DNA of 64,000 nucleotides, from the NCBI GenBank assembly GCA_026025075.1, contig JAPEUI010000035.1:1-64000 (forward strand). Reading direction: 5' to 3'. The stretch is from Vezdaea acicularis. Taxonomy: Eukaryota. The number at the start of each line of letters is the position of its first letter. Position 1 is the stretch's first letter. Positions 49,937 through 62,500 of the stretch are shown here, piece by piece. Position numbers and translations under genes: made by a program. The notes below the pieces were generated by a model that was not told the origin of the DNA, ran no database searches, and worked only from the letters and a program-made list of their open reading frames with translations.

Positions 49937-50776
49937 ATGTAGGTATTGTATGCCTGCTATGCTTTTAAAAAAGGAGCAAAACTTGTGTCCGTCTTTATAT
50001 TAATGGACAATTATTCAAAAGTTATGACATATAATCAATTGCGCAAGGCAGTCAAAAGTGCGCAGAAGAATGTTGAAGAGTTTGAATTTAGAACTTTAAT
50101 AAAAAGCATGTCTAGCATATATCAAGCGGTGATTAGATGCATAAGGTAGACTTACAAAGTACTAGACTATTAAATTATGGTATTGTTACTCTCTTAGGTT
50201 AGAGAAAGTATATCTTTACTAGCGTTATTATTTTACTTAACTGCTGCACCTTTGTATATTGAACAAAAAGAAGAAAAGAATAGAAAAATGATCTCCTGAT
50301 TTAGTTTTGTTCAATCTAGGTATCACAAACCTACTTCCCCTATAACTTAGCCTGCGGGATGACTGCGCTTAGCAAGCGCTAGGTGTACGTCACGTGATCA
50401 CTGTCATATAGGAAGGCGGGAAAGCACTGTAGAATAGCTCCTTAGTATTCAATCGTATCAATCCTAAGAGACATCTATTGACTACTATTTACTATTTACT
50501 ACCGCCTGCAACTCGCATGCGTATTGCATGCGACCATCCGAAGTGAGACTAGTCTGTTGCCTGCCCATACCCACGTGCCTCACACCAGGACGCAGTCCAA
50601 AAGATTAGCTTTGATTGTAGTTGCGGGAGCCGTGGGGCGCAGCGTTTTAGCGAACCTTCGAACGTTCGTCGCAAAGCAGGCACCACGTCTACAGATACTT
50701 TGTTTTATAGACGCCTACCTGTAGAGGCTCCGCAACCTTTGTTATCGTAAACAAATTATACTACACAGTATCCATC

Positions 50777-51712
50777 ATGGCGTCATTAGCGCCATTTAAT
50801 ACAAAGTCACCCACGATTAAGCGCATCCTCCGCGAACACCGCGACCTTACGACGCACCCTACTCCCTCCATTAGTGCCTCCCCACTCCCACAGAACCTTT
50901 TCGTATGGCACTTCACCATCGCTGGGCCGCCCAATACGGCTTTTCATGACGGTCTCTACCATGGCACTATCCATCTGCCTCCAACCTATCCCTTGCGACC
51001 TCCCTCGTTTCGCTTTCTCACACCGTCTGGTCGCTTCGAAGTTAACCGTGACATCTGCCTCTCGATATCGGGCTTCCACGAGGAGGCATGGCAGCCTGCA
51101 TGGGGCATACGCACAGCTCTTTTGGCAATCAGAGGACACATGAGTGAAGATGCCAAGGGTCAAATAGGTGGGCTAGAAATGGTGGAAGATGGTCGGCGGG
51201 AACTGAGCAAGAAAAGTAGGCAGTGGGTCTGTAGCGAATGCGGTGGCACGAATGGAGAGCGGATGAAGGAGTGGGAAGCAGAATGTAGGAGAATCGAAAT
51301 GGAGCAAAAGGGAGGAAAGGGCAGGAAGCTAGGTAGCATTCCTACCGACGAGGTGCCGAAAGAATTAGGGATTCGATATAGAGATGAGATGGGTAGGACC
51401 GAGTCCGACTCTAAGCCGGGAGTGAAGAAAGGGGGCGTGGATTTGGATCATACACCAACGCCTACGCAAACCTCCAGCAGTAGTTCTGAGTCCGCAGTAG
51501 ATACGCCAGCATCTACCCCACCAGCACCACGTCCACGAGCTGTTCTACCTGATGCACGACCTAGAGAAGTCGTGGCAAGCGCACGCTTGGTGGAGCTGAG
51601 AAGGCCGAATGAGGAGAGCCCTTTGGATTGGTATATCGAACAATTCCTCGACTATATCATCCTTGCTGTCGCAGTCTTACTAGGCGGCATAATTTTAAGG
51701 AAATGGCTTTGA
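50777..51712 (+). CDS. Tail-anchored ubiquitin-conjugating enzyme, UBE2J1/Ubc6-like
   Basis: WHFT..GP, YP..PPSFRFLTPSGRFE, catalytic ICLSISG.H.E.WQPAWGIRTAL, and a C-terminal TM helix. Confidence 0.9.
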   Translation: MASLAPFNTKSPTIKRILREHRDLTTHPTPSISASPLPQNLFVWHFTIAGPPNTAFHDGLYHGTIHLPPTYPLRPPSFRFLTPSGRFEVNRDICLSISGFHEEAWQPAWGIRTALLAIRGHMSEDAKGQIGGLEMVEDGRRELSKKSRQWVCSECGGTNGERMKEWEAECRRIEMEQKGGKGRKLGSIPTDEVPKELGIRYRDEMGRTESDSKPGVKKGGVDLDHTPTPTQTSSSSSESAVDTPASTPPAPRPRAVLPDARPREVVASARLVELRRPNEESPLDWYIEQFLDYIILAVAVLLGGIILRKWL

Positions 51713-52034
51713 TTCATTCTTACTCTTAGCTTGATAGGAGGCGTTGCTTCGGCGGTTCCCTGGGACTGGAGGATTTAAATGTGTATCTTCACGATTATAC
51801 TGGTATGGCAAGACTTGTGTATAATACCGGTTGGGGTTTGGACTATAGGCACTAGACATCATAGTCAGACCTACCGTGGCCAAAAATATAACCACTAACC
51901 ATACGGAATCCTCAGTATGAGTGTTGTAAATTGAGCATCGCTAATTCGGCTATGTGAGCAATTGCACTGACGCCATGTACACCATCTCCGAAGTGAACTA
52001 TTCCAAACCCCCCTGCAAAATGCTAAACTCCTAA

Positions 52035-53713
52035 TCAAGTTTCACGAGTCCATTCCTCCCACCCGTTCCCAGACCTTTGCTCTCTTTCCCTTAGCAGCCT
52101 TTGTGACTGCTCACGATCAGAGCTAGCCGTGTGCTGGTGTCCCCAACCGCCACCCTCATGGAGTCGTGGGTTGTTCTCTTGATCCGGATCTTCGTCACTG
52201 CTGACTTCAAATTGATCATTATCATCATAATCGTGATGCAGGGTGTGCATGGATACCCCACTTTGTGGTCTCTTTGTTCGTCCGGTATCGTAGTCAGTAT
52301 ACTGACCCGGGTTACGTCCTAAAACCCGATCTGCTTTATATGGTGAACGGCGGCCCCCAGCACCGCTTGCCCCGTCAGCAGAAAGGTAGTGCCTTTCTGC
52401 GCCAATCATTGTTTCACTCCTTTGATCGACTCGGTCGTCATGCCATTGCTGTTCCCTGTCCCTCCTGATTTGCTCTCGAGCAGCCAACCATTTCGGACTT
52501 GGCTTCCATGTCCACCCGTCTCCTGATGTATTGCATATAGGAAGGCACCATAGCAGCGGACTGGGCCCAAAGAGATGGTAAAGGTTTTCCTTGATTCCCA
52601 AATCGAAGGCGTGCGGAAGCTTATCCGAGTCTCTTTCGTCAAGATAATCCTCATACCGTTCTCTTTCCCTCATCCTTTCCAGCTCGTCGTAATTCGTGCG
52701 CAGTGCATTTTGTGCAGGTGATCTGGACGCATCTTCTACTGGCGAAGGGCGTTCTTCCCCTTCTTCTGGTCGTGTTATCCCAGGTATAATATTTGCATGA
52801 ATTTCTCGGAGCTGCTGACCGTAGGTCTGCTGTGGTTTCCCATCCAAGGGGCTCCGTGGAATAGGTTTCTGTTGGATGGATTTGCGAAGTGGTGACAGAT
52901 AACGCGTTTGCTCTAGACATTCGATAGTGGTTTGTCCACGACAAGCAAGCGTCAAATGCCATCCAGTAAAGCCAGTCAGAACAAGACCAATGATGCCAGA
53001 TATCACTGTCAGCAGGATATAGTTTACAGGCATCAACGTATCGGCGTACTGGCCATCTGAGAGAACCTGGGTCCATACCCAGGAAGCAGAGACAGCGAAG
53101 CATACCCAGCAGAATACCGTCGTATACGTCAGAAACAGGACAAAGGCTTTATAATTTCTTAAGCCAAGGCAAGTGGCTAGCCACGGGCAATGATGATCCA
53201 TTTTCAACACACACCTTCGGCACGAAGAGCAGTGATGAGCGCGATCTGGTTTTCTGGCTTGGCACTTCTTGCAGAACCGCGACTTACCCGTAGACTTGAC
53301 TGTGAAGGAGGTAGATGAAGGCTCGTTGGTTGGGAGGTGGCTGTACCCTTTCTTACTGTCGAGCGGGGAACCAGGATCTCTGAAAACGGCTACAGTATAG
53401 GACCAGTTGAGAAGTCCGTATAGGGTCAACCCAAGTAGTGAGCTCGAGCGGCCTGGGAGATGTCAGTCTTAACATGGAAGTTGACAACTTTGCAACTTCT
53501 CCTACCTGTCCAACTAGCCTTCTTCTCCTGAAACCCAATGTTGACCTCCACAAAAGCCGCCCACGTTGTCAAGCCATAAACAAAGGCCAAGGGAGTGTAC
53601 ACTAGAGCGGAGCAGCAACAGCGCTCAATTCTTCTCGCCCAAGGAGCCTTTCGTCGACTCATTGAAGGAGATGATGGTGATGTGGGTGATATGGGTGACC
53701 CTAAGTTTGACAT
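52035..53713 (-). CDS. PFA3: DHHC palmitoyltransferase, Pfa3-like (2 exons)
   Basis: [33 protein letters not shown] and TTIE motif, TM helices. Intron about 53452-53504. Confidence 0.9.
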
Positions 53714-54590
53714 TGCGCTAAATATCGAGGTCGCATGAGTCTTGGGAATTTAAAAACTATGATTCTCTGTGGTCAAGAGCGTCAGAAGTATGCAAGATAC
53801 AACTAAGCCTCATATTGTGATTTCAACTACGAGGCAGGTCGAGCCAGAGAAGAGCATCGGTGTAGAGTTGGTACGAAGACCGCGTAATCGGTCGAATGAT
53901 GCACGAAGCGAACGCCGTAAGCCTCGGGAGATCTCGCAGTGACCGTCTGCGCGACGCGTTAGTCGTCAATTATAGACTTGGCTTCGGCATACTCAAAGAT
54001 TCCTTTCACATTTCCCCCTTACCTCATCGAACAAGTCAATGCCAACTATGTATAATCAATAAGCATCTGATATTCTGGCTCAACGTTAGCCGCACGTGAG
54101 ATCGCAGAGAGCGCGGACGGGTGCTGATACTTTGGCGAGGCGACAAGCTCCAAATTATTTGGAGCTCAGGGTTCCAATGAACAGTTTTGGCTTAGCCAAA
54201 CCACACACCTCAAACAATCCCGATCTTATAACATGCCTCGCCTTATAATTGCATATTGCTGACGAATGACGAACGCAATCAGTCGAACAACCTTACGTTC
54301 TTTCCCCTTTACGGCGTCTTGCATGCAAGTTCGTGCATGCGTAGCCAATCCCAAGTAGAGCTGTTCGTCCCCTCTTCTCCAAAGACCCTGCAGGAAAAGC
54401 CTTGCGTTCCCACGGCAATAGTGAGGTATTCTCCAATCTCCAATCTCATAGGCAATTACTCGGGCTACTCCCAATTCACTCCTTTAAAGACTCGCTCGGA
54501 GTTGTCAACGTCTTCCGCCAGTCCTATTCGAAGTAGATCGCCCAATATAAACAACATAAGGATCAACGATCTCAGCTAAAAAAAAACACA

Positions 54591-56181
54591 ATGGAGTCAA
54601 GCAGATATGATCCTCCAAGCTATCGAGAGCGCTATGCAATTCTTTCGAATGCTGAAAAGAGCAAAAACGCTCTGATTGAGGTAAATCTACTTCCATTGGC
54701 CGGGTTTCAGGATATAGCTAACGCTCCTTGCATTCAGGAACTCATTCAACGAGTTGACACCCTGACCGATGATTACCGTAGAGAGTGTCTTGATCGAGCT
54801 CGTGAGGCACATTTCAACCGTGAAACTCAATTGAGAGTATACCAATTCGAAGAGGAGCTGCGCAAGGCTAAGACCTTCATGGTGGGCGAATTATAATATG
54901 CTTTGCATATGCTGTGCTTATATCCTTTCTTAGGAACGCAATCCCTTCGTTTTGGTTCTAATCGACGGAGATGGAATGATTGTAAGCTTTCTGGCTACTA
55001 CCGAGCATTCGAGAATGCCTTCTTACCCTATTTAGTTTGAAGACACGCTGTTAAAGAAGGGCGAGGCAGGGGGGAAGGAAGCAGCAAGCTTACTGTGGAC
55101 TATCGTTCGCGACTACTTGTCTGAGGAACAAGACCTTAGAGAACTCCCATCAGACTGCAAAATTGTCACACGTATTTATGCCAACATTCGTGGTCTGGCC
55201 GAAACCTGCTATAAAACAGGAATCATTGATAATAAGAACAAAATTGAAGAATTTGCGCGTGGCTTTACACATAGCAAGCAGCTGTTTGATTTTGTAGATG
55301 TTGGTAGCGGTAAAGATCGCGCCGACGACAAAATATCTGGTCAGTCTTCAAATCGCTCCGCATGGTTTCTTCGCTAATATATATCAGAAGTGTTTAAGCT
55401 CCATTTATTCGATTGTCACTGTAAATTGGTCATACTGGGCTGCTCTCATGACAATGGGTATGCCCGGTTGTTAGAGGAATACACGTCTGATGATGCCGTT
55501 AAAAATCGGATTGGATTATTGGAAGGTGTTCCGTTTGAAAGAGAACTTGTGACTATGCAGAACTCTTTTAGGAGTATGAAGTTCAAGGGGCTTTTCAGGT
55601 CTTCAAAGATCGTTGTGCCTACACAGCCTCAGCATTCGCCTCAAGTCATGATGTCTCCGCCAATCACACGAACTATGTCGAGCCTTTCGGCCACGACAAA
55701 TGGCTCAAGCTATGCTTCCACGCCCACGAACGGCTCGGGAGCTTGGGCGGCGGCTGCGGCCATGCCGCCAGTGGCCTTATCTTCACCTCCTCTGACACCG
55801 CAACCAATACAAACCGATCCTATGTATATTCCTCGTAACAGATGGGGCCAACGCATCGATTCCGAGCTCAAATATGATCGAAATATGGTCAAGCAAGTTA
55901 AAGCGCTCAAGATGTGCAACGTGCATTTCCTTCGGGGCGACTGTCCTTACGAGACTTGCTCACACGATCATTTCTACAAGCCTTCCAAAAATGAACTTGC
56001 GACTTTAAGATATATTGCACGAATGGCCCCGTGTCGAATGGGGTCTGAATGCGACGATGCTAAGTGTATTTATGGACATCGATGTCCTGCTGGAAACCCA
56101 TGTGCGTTTGGTGATACTTGCAGGTTTCCGGACGAGATGCATAATATGGATTTAACAGTTGTAAAAGGCATAAAGGTCTAG
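54591..56181 (+). CDS. CCCH zinc-finger protein with N-terminal NYN-like region (5 exons)
   Basis: FVLVLIDGDGM, FDFVDVG.GK.RAD.KI, GCSHDNGYARLL, and C-terminal CN.HFLRG.C and C..G..C....C.YGH.C. Confidence 0.82.
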
Positions 56182-56563
56182 TATATTATGAACTAAAGCG
56201 CTGCATAGCGAGCATAGCATTAAAGGGGGGAAAACAGGCCTATTTGACGCCCTTGATTCGCGTAATACCAGGGGCTTTGTAATTATCTGTCAACCTGCCA
56301 TGGTGGAATGTGGCTTCACAGTTCTTCTTATTTTGAAGATTAACTTGATAGCCCCAATAGCGAAATGAACATTTCACTGAAAGATGACTCTGCTGCTCAA
56401 TGTCATGCACAAGACAATGAAATGCCCAAAACTCGGCTGTGCGGGCCAAGCGGGAGCTAGGACTCGGGAGAGACCACCTCACAATTTTTGGCTCTTCTAG
56501 CTTTTCCGTCATCGAACCACGTCGCACCGAAAACCCTCATTCCCACAACCATTGACCGTGACA

Positions 56564-57536
56564 ATGGTTTCCTTCAAGCTCCTTACCCTCGCAGTTCTCT
56601 TCCTCCAGGCCTTGGGCGCTTTCGCTGCGAAAGCCAAAGCCGCTGAAGATGTAAATGAACCCCCTCCCACACTTCAGAATCACCTGAAGTTAACCCGCTT
56701 GATTCATAGGACGCCTCCACCTCATCGCAAACACCCCTCCTCGATGTCTCGATTAGCGCCTCCTTCCCACAGTCCGAGATCTTTGGGACGAAACTCGTAA
56801 ACGGGCACCCGACCCGCGCCGTCCTCAGTATCGCCAACAAGGAACCAGGCCCGGTCACCATCGTGATGGCCGGTGGTTCTCTCTGGACGCTGCCGGACAG
56901 CATCTACGGCCCAAACCAGAACCTGCGCAATCTGAGCAATACGCAGTATAACCTGGAGGTACCGGCTGGAAGCGCGGAGAGTCTGACGTACAGCTTCGCG
57001 ACGGAGATGCAGCCGCAGGATCTGAGGCTGTCGCTGGTCGCCGTCGTGAAGAAGGAAGATAGCTTCTACACGCTACAAGTATTCAACGAGACGGTCTCCG
57101 TGGTCGAGGGCGAGACGAGCTTGTTCGATCCGCAGATGTGAGCTATATCCCCAACCTTTCCCCCCCCCCCATAATCGCCGTAGCCAACCCCCAATGCTAA
57201 CCCGCGCGCAGCATCTTCCTGTACCTCATGCTCCTCTCCCTCTTCTGCGGAACGCTCTACTTCATCTACTCGACCTGGCTCAGCACGCTCTTCCCGCAAA
57301 AGCGGTATACCGGCGGCAAAGGCGGCGAGCGAGCGCGCACCTCCTCCAAGGGCAGCAAGAAGGTCGATCCCTCCGAGCAAGTCAGCGTCGTCGGTGCGGA
57401 CGGCCCCGCGGTCGCCAGCAAGAGCACGGCGTATGACGAGAACTGGATTCCTGTCGAGCATCTGAAGAGGCCCGAGGCGAAGAGGGTCAAGAGCGGCAAG
57501 ACGGGGACGCCCAAGGGCGCGAAGAAAGCGGAGTAG
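56564..57536 (+). CDS. IRC22: Translocon-associated protein alpha / Irc22-like (3 exons)
   Basis: Signal peptide, FP.SEIFG.KLVNG, LRNLS, Y.FATEM.PQDLRL, SLFDPQ|(S)IFLYL, TM helix and YDE.WIP..H. Confidence 0.85.
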
Positions 57537-57887
57537 ATGGGGCGCCGAGAGAAGCTAGGGGCGGTCGAAATTTCTGGGATGATATATGTCAATAAATAAG
57601 CCGTATGTCGATGGGAGTACCCGAAAATTTCGTTGTATTCTATAGAAGAAAAAGGAGCTCAGCTGGCACGTCTTTGTCCATAAACTGAAGATAGCATTGG
57701 CAGTTCGAGGGCGAGATTTCGTCACTCTCATATTCAAAACACTTTTTGGCTTTACCGTATCAAACTGTACTGTAGAACCAAGTGGCAAGAAAAAAGCATG
57801 ATCCGCCTGCCACCATCCGCCATCCAGCAGGACATGATGAACCACGAGCCCTAACGCCCAAGGAAACCCCCTCCAAGAGATCTGCCC

Positions 57888-59015
57888 TTAGATCCTCTTC
57901 CATCGCTCGAACTCTCCCTCAAGATGCTCCTTCAGCGCAGCGAACCTATTCCCAAACCCCTCACCGCACTTCCAGCAGACGAGGTCGCGCTTGAGATACT
58001 CCGGGGCCTCCCTCATCCTGGTCTCGACACTCTCCCTCAGCTCCTCCCTCTTCTCCTGTTCCCTCCTCTGGCGCTCCGCGGGCTCCATATCATGCTCCTC
58101 AAACTCCGTCTGGCCGTTCCTGCCGGCCTCGGTGCGGTTCCAGAAGCGCTCAAGGCCGACGAAGAACGGGGCTTGGAAGCTGTTGTAGTGCTTCTTATTC
58201 TTGAGGGCGGGGGAATGGAGGTCGCGGCTGATGAAGTGGACGTGGAAGTGGGCCATGCTGGGCTGAGCATGGACGCCGACGACGACCTCGGCGTCCCAGT
58301 CGCGGCCGAGCATGGCCATGGTGGCCTCGGCGGCCTCGTCTTCGGCGCCGGAGGCGTCGGCTTCGGCGGCTAGGTCGACGCCCTGGGAGAGGAGATTCGC
58401 TTTGGCGTTTTCGAGGGCGGATTCATGGCCGTAAAGGCGGCGCAGCTCGGAGCCGGCGATGCGCCGGCCTTTGGTGACTTGCGTGCGGGTGGATGCGGCG
58501 AAGGATGCGTCTTGCAGCGCGATGAGGGGGTGGATGAACCAGAAGTCGGGGTTGCGCGTGAGCAGGAGGAGGTGCACGGAGGCTTTGGGGTAGGCGTCGC
58601 GGATGAGGACCCAGTTTTCGTTGTAGTAGACGACTTCGCGCGGGTGGTCTTCGGGGTGGGTGATGTAGTGCTCGAAGGCGTAGCGCCATTGGTTGGCCGG
58701 GTTGGAGCGGTTGGAGGGGTCTGGAGGTTTCTTCTGGGGAGGAGGGGTTTCCGGAGTTCTGGGTTGGGGTGAGGAGGACATGAGGATGGCGACTGGAGCG
58801 TGTCAGCGGGGATGACATGACGAGAGAGAGGAAAACGAGGAGACATTGGATGTTTTACAGGCGTTGCGAGGTTGCGCGGTGGTATGAGTGGAAGTGTTGA
58901 AGTCGTCGGAAGCTTCTGAAGGCGTGTCGGAGTCCTTCTTTACCCGTTTTGGCTCCCCCGGGATGGGGGGCGGATGGGATTTCCTTTTAGTAGGGTGTGA
59001 AACGGGATTTGCCAT
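57888..59015 (-). CDS. HNT3: Aprataxin-like HIT/zinc-finger DNA deadenylase (2 exons; start uncertain)
   Basis: I.D.YPKA..H.LLL, GVHAQPSMAHFHVHFIS, K.KKHYNSF...FF and CWKCG..FGN.F..LK.HL..EF. Intron 58793-58858 joins RNA|FAILM. Confidence 0.85.
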
Positions 59016-59509
59016 ATGGGAATCTGGCAGAATCGCATCTGTCGCTTTCTGCATGAGCTGCTGGGCGTTGCGTAGCGGTCCTGCAGACGATAGCAGATGT
59101 GGTCCACCAATGTCGAGGCAGGTTGGGGGAGGGAAAGTTCGCATGTCCTCATGATGACGGACCAACTGACGCGGGCCGTGCACAGCGCTTGGTAAAGGTG
59201 TGTGTGGGACGCGGGTGGATTCGCGGACCCTGAGTGGAATCGCGAGCCTGTGGCAGCCGCCAGCCAGTGTGGAGATGGTGGTGCGGCGAATATATCTGCT
59301 GTCTTGTATACGTGACGTAGCTGCACGGGGGGTGACAGGATTGGGCCATGTCCATGATGAGTGAGTGATGAGGGACGTCTAGAGCTCCAGTCGCTGTGCA
59401 TGGTCGGATTTATGGAGGGTGCATGAAACGTGGATCGATTCCAAGCCCTGGTCTAAAAGGTCTAAGAGCCGCCGGACATCGAGTAGACTCGGAGTAGGGT
59501 AACCGCTTT

Positions 59510-62500
59510 CTACCGATCCATCCCATCCAACTCCACCAAGCGCCGAACGAGGCCCACGACTTCCTCCCCAGCACCTAAATTTCCAGGCTCATCAATCATC
59601 TTTGCGAGAACGTCATCCAAGAGTCCCTTGAGACGTGAGACTAAGACGCCAATCCTAGCCCAGCCCCTGAGGCGCAACCAACCATCGACAATCAAGCCAC
59701 GACCCATGGTGTCAAGCTCGATCGAGCTGGAGAAGAGAAGGAGAGTGAAGGCATTGAAAGCTATGCGCCCCGTTAGTTTGTCAAACGTCACCGGCATGTG
59801 GTTATGGGGAGGTAGTTACGTGTCAAGTCCCTGATAAATACCTTACTCGTTGCCATCTTATTGAAGTACGCAACGTAGACCGCACCCCCCGAAAACCCCT
59901 TCGCGTCGAACAGCGTCGAGCTCGGATGAACGAAAACCCTGCCATTATCTTCGCTGAAGTACTTGATCGTCTTTGCCTCGGGGTCTACAGCTACCGCCCC
60001 AGAAACGCTGGCGGCAAACTTCTGATCCGGGAATCCGATCCGGGCTATCTGCGGATTGAAAGCTGCAGCGATTAAGGCACAGAGAAGAGCGATGTTACCG
60101 TTATAAGAGTTATAAGTCATGGGAAGGGCCGAAGAAGGGACGACGCCCGACTCGCGCAGAGAGGAGAGAAATTGCGCCCGGTTGGACGAGATGTCCCAGA
60201 GGGTGTGAGTGGAGAGATAATTCTCATCACACCAGGCTCGTAAATCTCGACCGCCGCTGGTGGTGCGGATGTGGACCCATTCCTCATATGCCCGTAGGTC
60301 TCCAATGAGGTCGCCTTGGCTCTGGGCAAATGTTGCTCGAGCGGCTTTGCTCTCATCACGTTTACCTTGAGGTGACACGAAGGGGGAGCGAATGCTGAGA
60401 ACGGCGGCGATGGTGAGGCAGGAGTCAAGGCATCCAAAGAGAGCACCGTATACCAGAAGTTTGCCGCAGCGCAGGTCCGCCGGAACCATGGAGAGATGGC
60501 GACCTAGAGCGGTGAGCTCATTGCCGTCGAGGGCTCCCATACGGCCGAGTAGTCTGATGGCTCCCTTGACCGCGCTCACGTCGGGCGGAGTCAGAGCGCT
60601 GGCGAGGAAGGTCTCGACGTCCAAGATCCCCATAGCCTTCACGGAGAGGCACAGTTGCTCTAAGGGGACTCTCCGTATCTCGGGTTCAGGGCGTTCCGCC
60701 ATCTTCGTCATCTCTGCATGCCGAGTATACAGTTTGTAGCATTTGCCAGCCCGGACACGACCAGCTCGACCTCGCCGTTGCTTGCATGCTGCACGAGATG
60801 CCCATGCTTCTTCTAGTTTGACCATGTTCTTTGCTGTATCGAAGCTCGTTTCCTTGACTCGGCCTGTATCGATGACCGCTACGATGTCCTCAATGGTGAT
60901 TGACGTCTCTGCCACATTCGTGGCTGCGATAACTTTCCGCTTGCCATAGGGAGCACGAGGGAAGACCTTGCGTTGCTCAGCTGGCAAGAGAGATGCATGT
61001 AGAGGTAGAGCATGGAGGTTCGGTACGTTGCGCAGTGCATCGAGAGTCTTGTTGATCTCCATCGTGCCAGGCAAGAATATGAGGATGCCACCTTCCTTGT
61101 CTCCGAGCTCATAGTCGAGACGCTTCACGGTCTGGGAGATCAGATCGTAACTGATGCCACCACCAATTGCCTGGATTACTTTAGCAGTCGATAAATCCAG
61201 TCCTTTGATCTCAGGATCATCTTCATCCATTCTCTCGACCCTATCGTCCCTATACCCATTTGACCTGGGCTGGAACTTGGTCTTGCGAACAATGTCGTCC
61301 AGATAGTAATCGTCAATGGGGAATGTCCTGCCCTCTATTTTAACCTGCCCGACTTTAGTTTTGCCCGTAAAGTACTTCACAAAGACATCAGCGTCCAGCG
61401 TCGCGCTCATCAAGATGACTTTGAGATCTTTCCGCTTCTTCAGCACGTCCCTCAGAAGCACCAGCAGGAAATCAGTATCGAGGCTTCGTTCGTGGACTTC
61501 GTCGACAATAACATGGCTAACATCTGCGAGAGACGCGACAACGTCGTCGCTACTTCCACCAGACGTCTGGAGCCTACGCAGGAGGACACCCGTTGTGAGA
61601 AAGGTAATCTTGGTGACTCCGGGGCTCTGCTTGGATTCTCCGCGAATCGCGTACCCAACCTCTTTTCCAACGATGCCACACCTCTCATCGCTGACGCGAT
61701 CAGCAAGACCAAGCGCAGATATCCGCCTCGGTTGCGTGCAAATGATATTCACCGCGCCGCCAAGCTGCTTGCGAATCAGGTCGTCAAGAATGAATTGAAC
61801 GGCCTGCGTGGATTTCCCAGAACCCGTCTCGCCAGAGATGATGGTGACCTGATGAGAAAGGACGACGTCGATGATCTCGTCTTTCAGGGCCCAGGCAGGA
61901 AGATTCTGCCTTACCGAGAGCATCTTCTGCTGAGCCGCTGTCTTTTGCCTCGCCTCCCATTCCTTCAAGATGGCCATGCTCTGACTCGAAGCTGGCCGCC
62001 AGTCAATCGCCCTTGGAAGCTGCCGTCGCTTCTGCCGCGGCCCAGAATCGGTCTTCTGGGAGACTTCCCCAATGACGGAGGCGCCCGCGGATACATCACG
62101 AAGGATCCCTGGATGCTCGATGATATTCACGATATTCGCCTCGAGCCAGTCGATCAGATTGAAGATGTGCTGGAATCCCAGAAGCTCTACATTCGCGTGC
62201 TTGGCCGCTTTCTGGATGATGCTCAATCTAATGTAGGCTGGAAGGAGGGGTTCTGAGAGGATAGAGATGACGGGCATGGATTGCGGGTAGGGCCGCAGCG
62301 TTGGCTTCCGGACTTGTAGGGTGAAGGCTTGACGGGCGTTCGCGACGTCTATAGAAACTTGACAGACGTCTGGAGACAAGGCGTGAAAGCGATCTCCATA
62401 TATTGATTCTAAAGTAGCTTGCTCCTCGGCCCACTGATCGGTTAGAGATTCTTCTAAACTTAGCTCGGCCATCTCCACTTGATCCCCTTCGTCTCCGTTC

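Larger units (their letters stand above)
48791..49999. mobile_element. Old decayed solo LTR, family C (about 420 bp own sequence), hosting two younger solo LTRs
   Basis: Begins TGTAAGAC where the transposase breaks (KNCL|) and ends GTCTTTATA where it resumes (|..DNYSK). TSD is imperfect (TTATA/TTAAT) and the sequence is very TA-rich. Confidence 0.6.
46752..50165 (+). pseudogene. Transition-riddled Tc1-like transposase split into 5 pieces by LTR insertions
   Basis: Pieces read L.RDQ.RD.Q.L, LAW|ALKHVN*T.EQ*..IL*TNKT* (=WTDETW), RKKGWMF, LMQD..P.H, *FSFSLDLNLIKRIW (=WPP.SPDLNPIE, 34 aa after the second D) and L..SM...QAVI...G..TKY*. Confidence 0.88.
46633..50246 (+). mobile_element. Tc1/mariner (DD34E) DNA transposon relic, about 1.26 kb once the nested solo LTRs are removed
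   Basis: About 60-bp TIRs at 46633-46692 (CAGGGGTTAAGTAATGTAATAGCGCTAGTAAG...) and 50187-50246 (reverse complement CAGCAGTTAAGTAAAATAATAACGCTAGTAAA...). TA precedes the left end; CA follows the right end. Confidence 0.88.
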
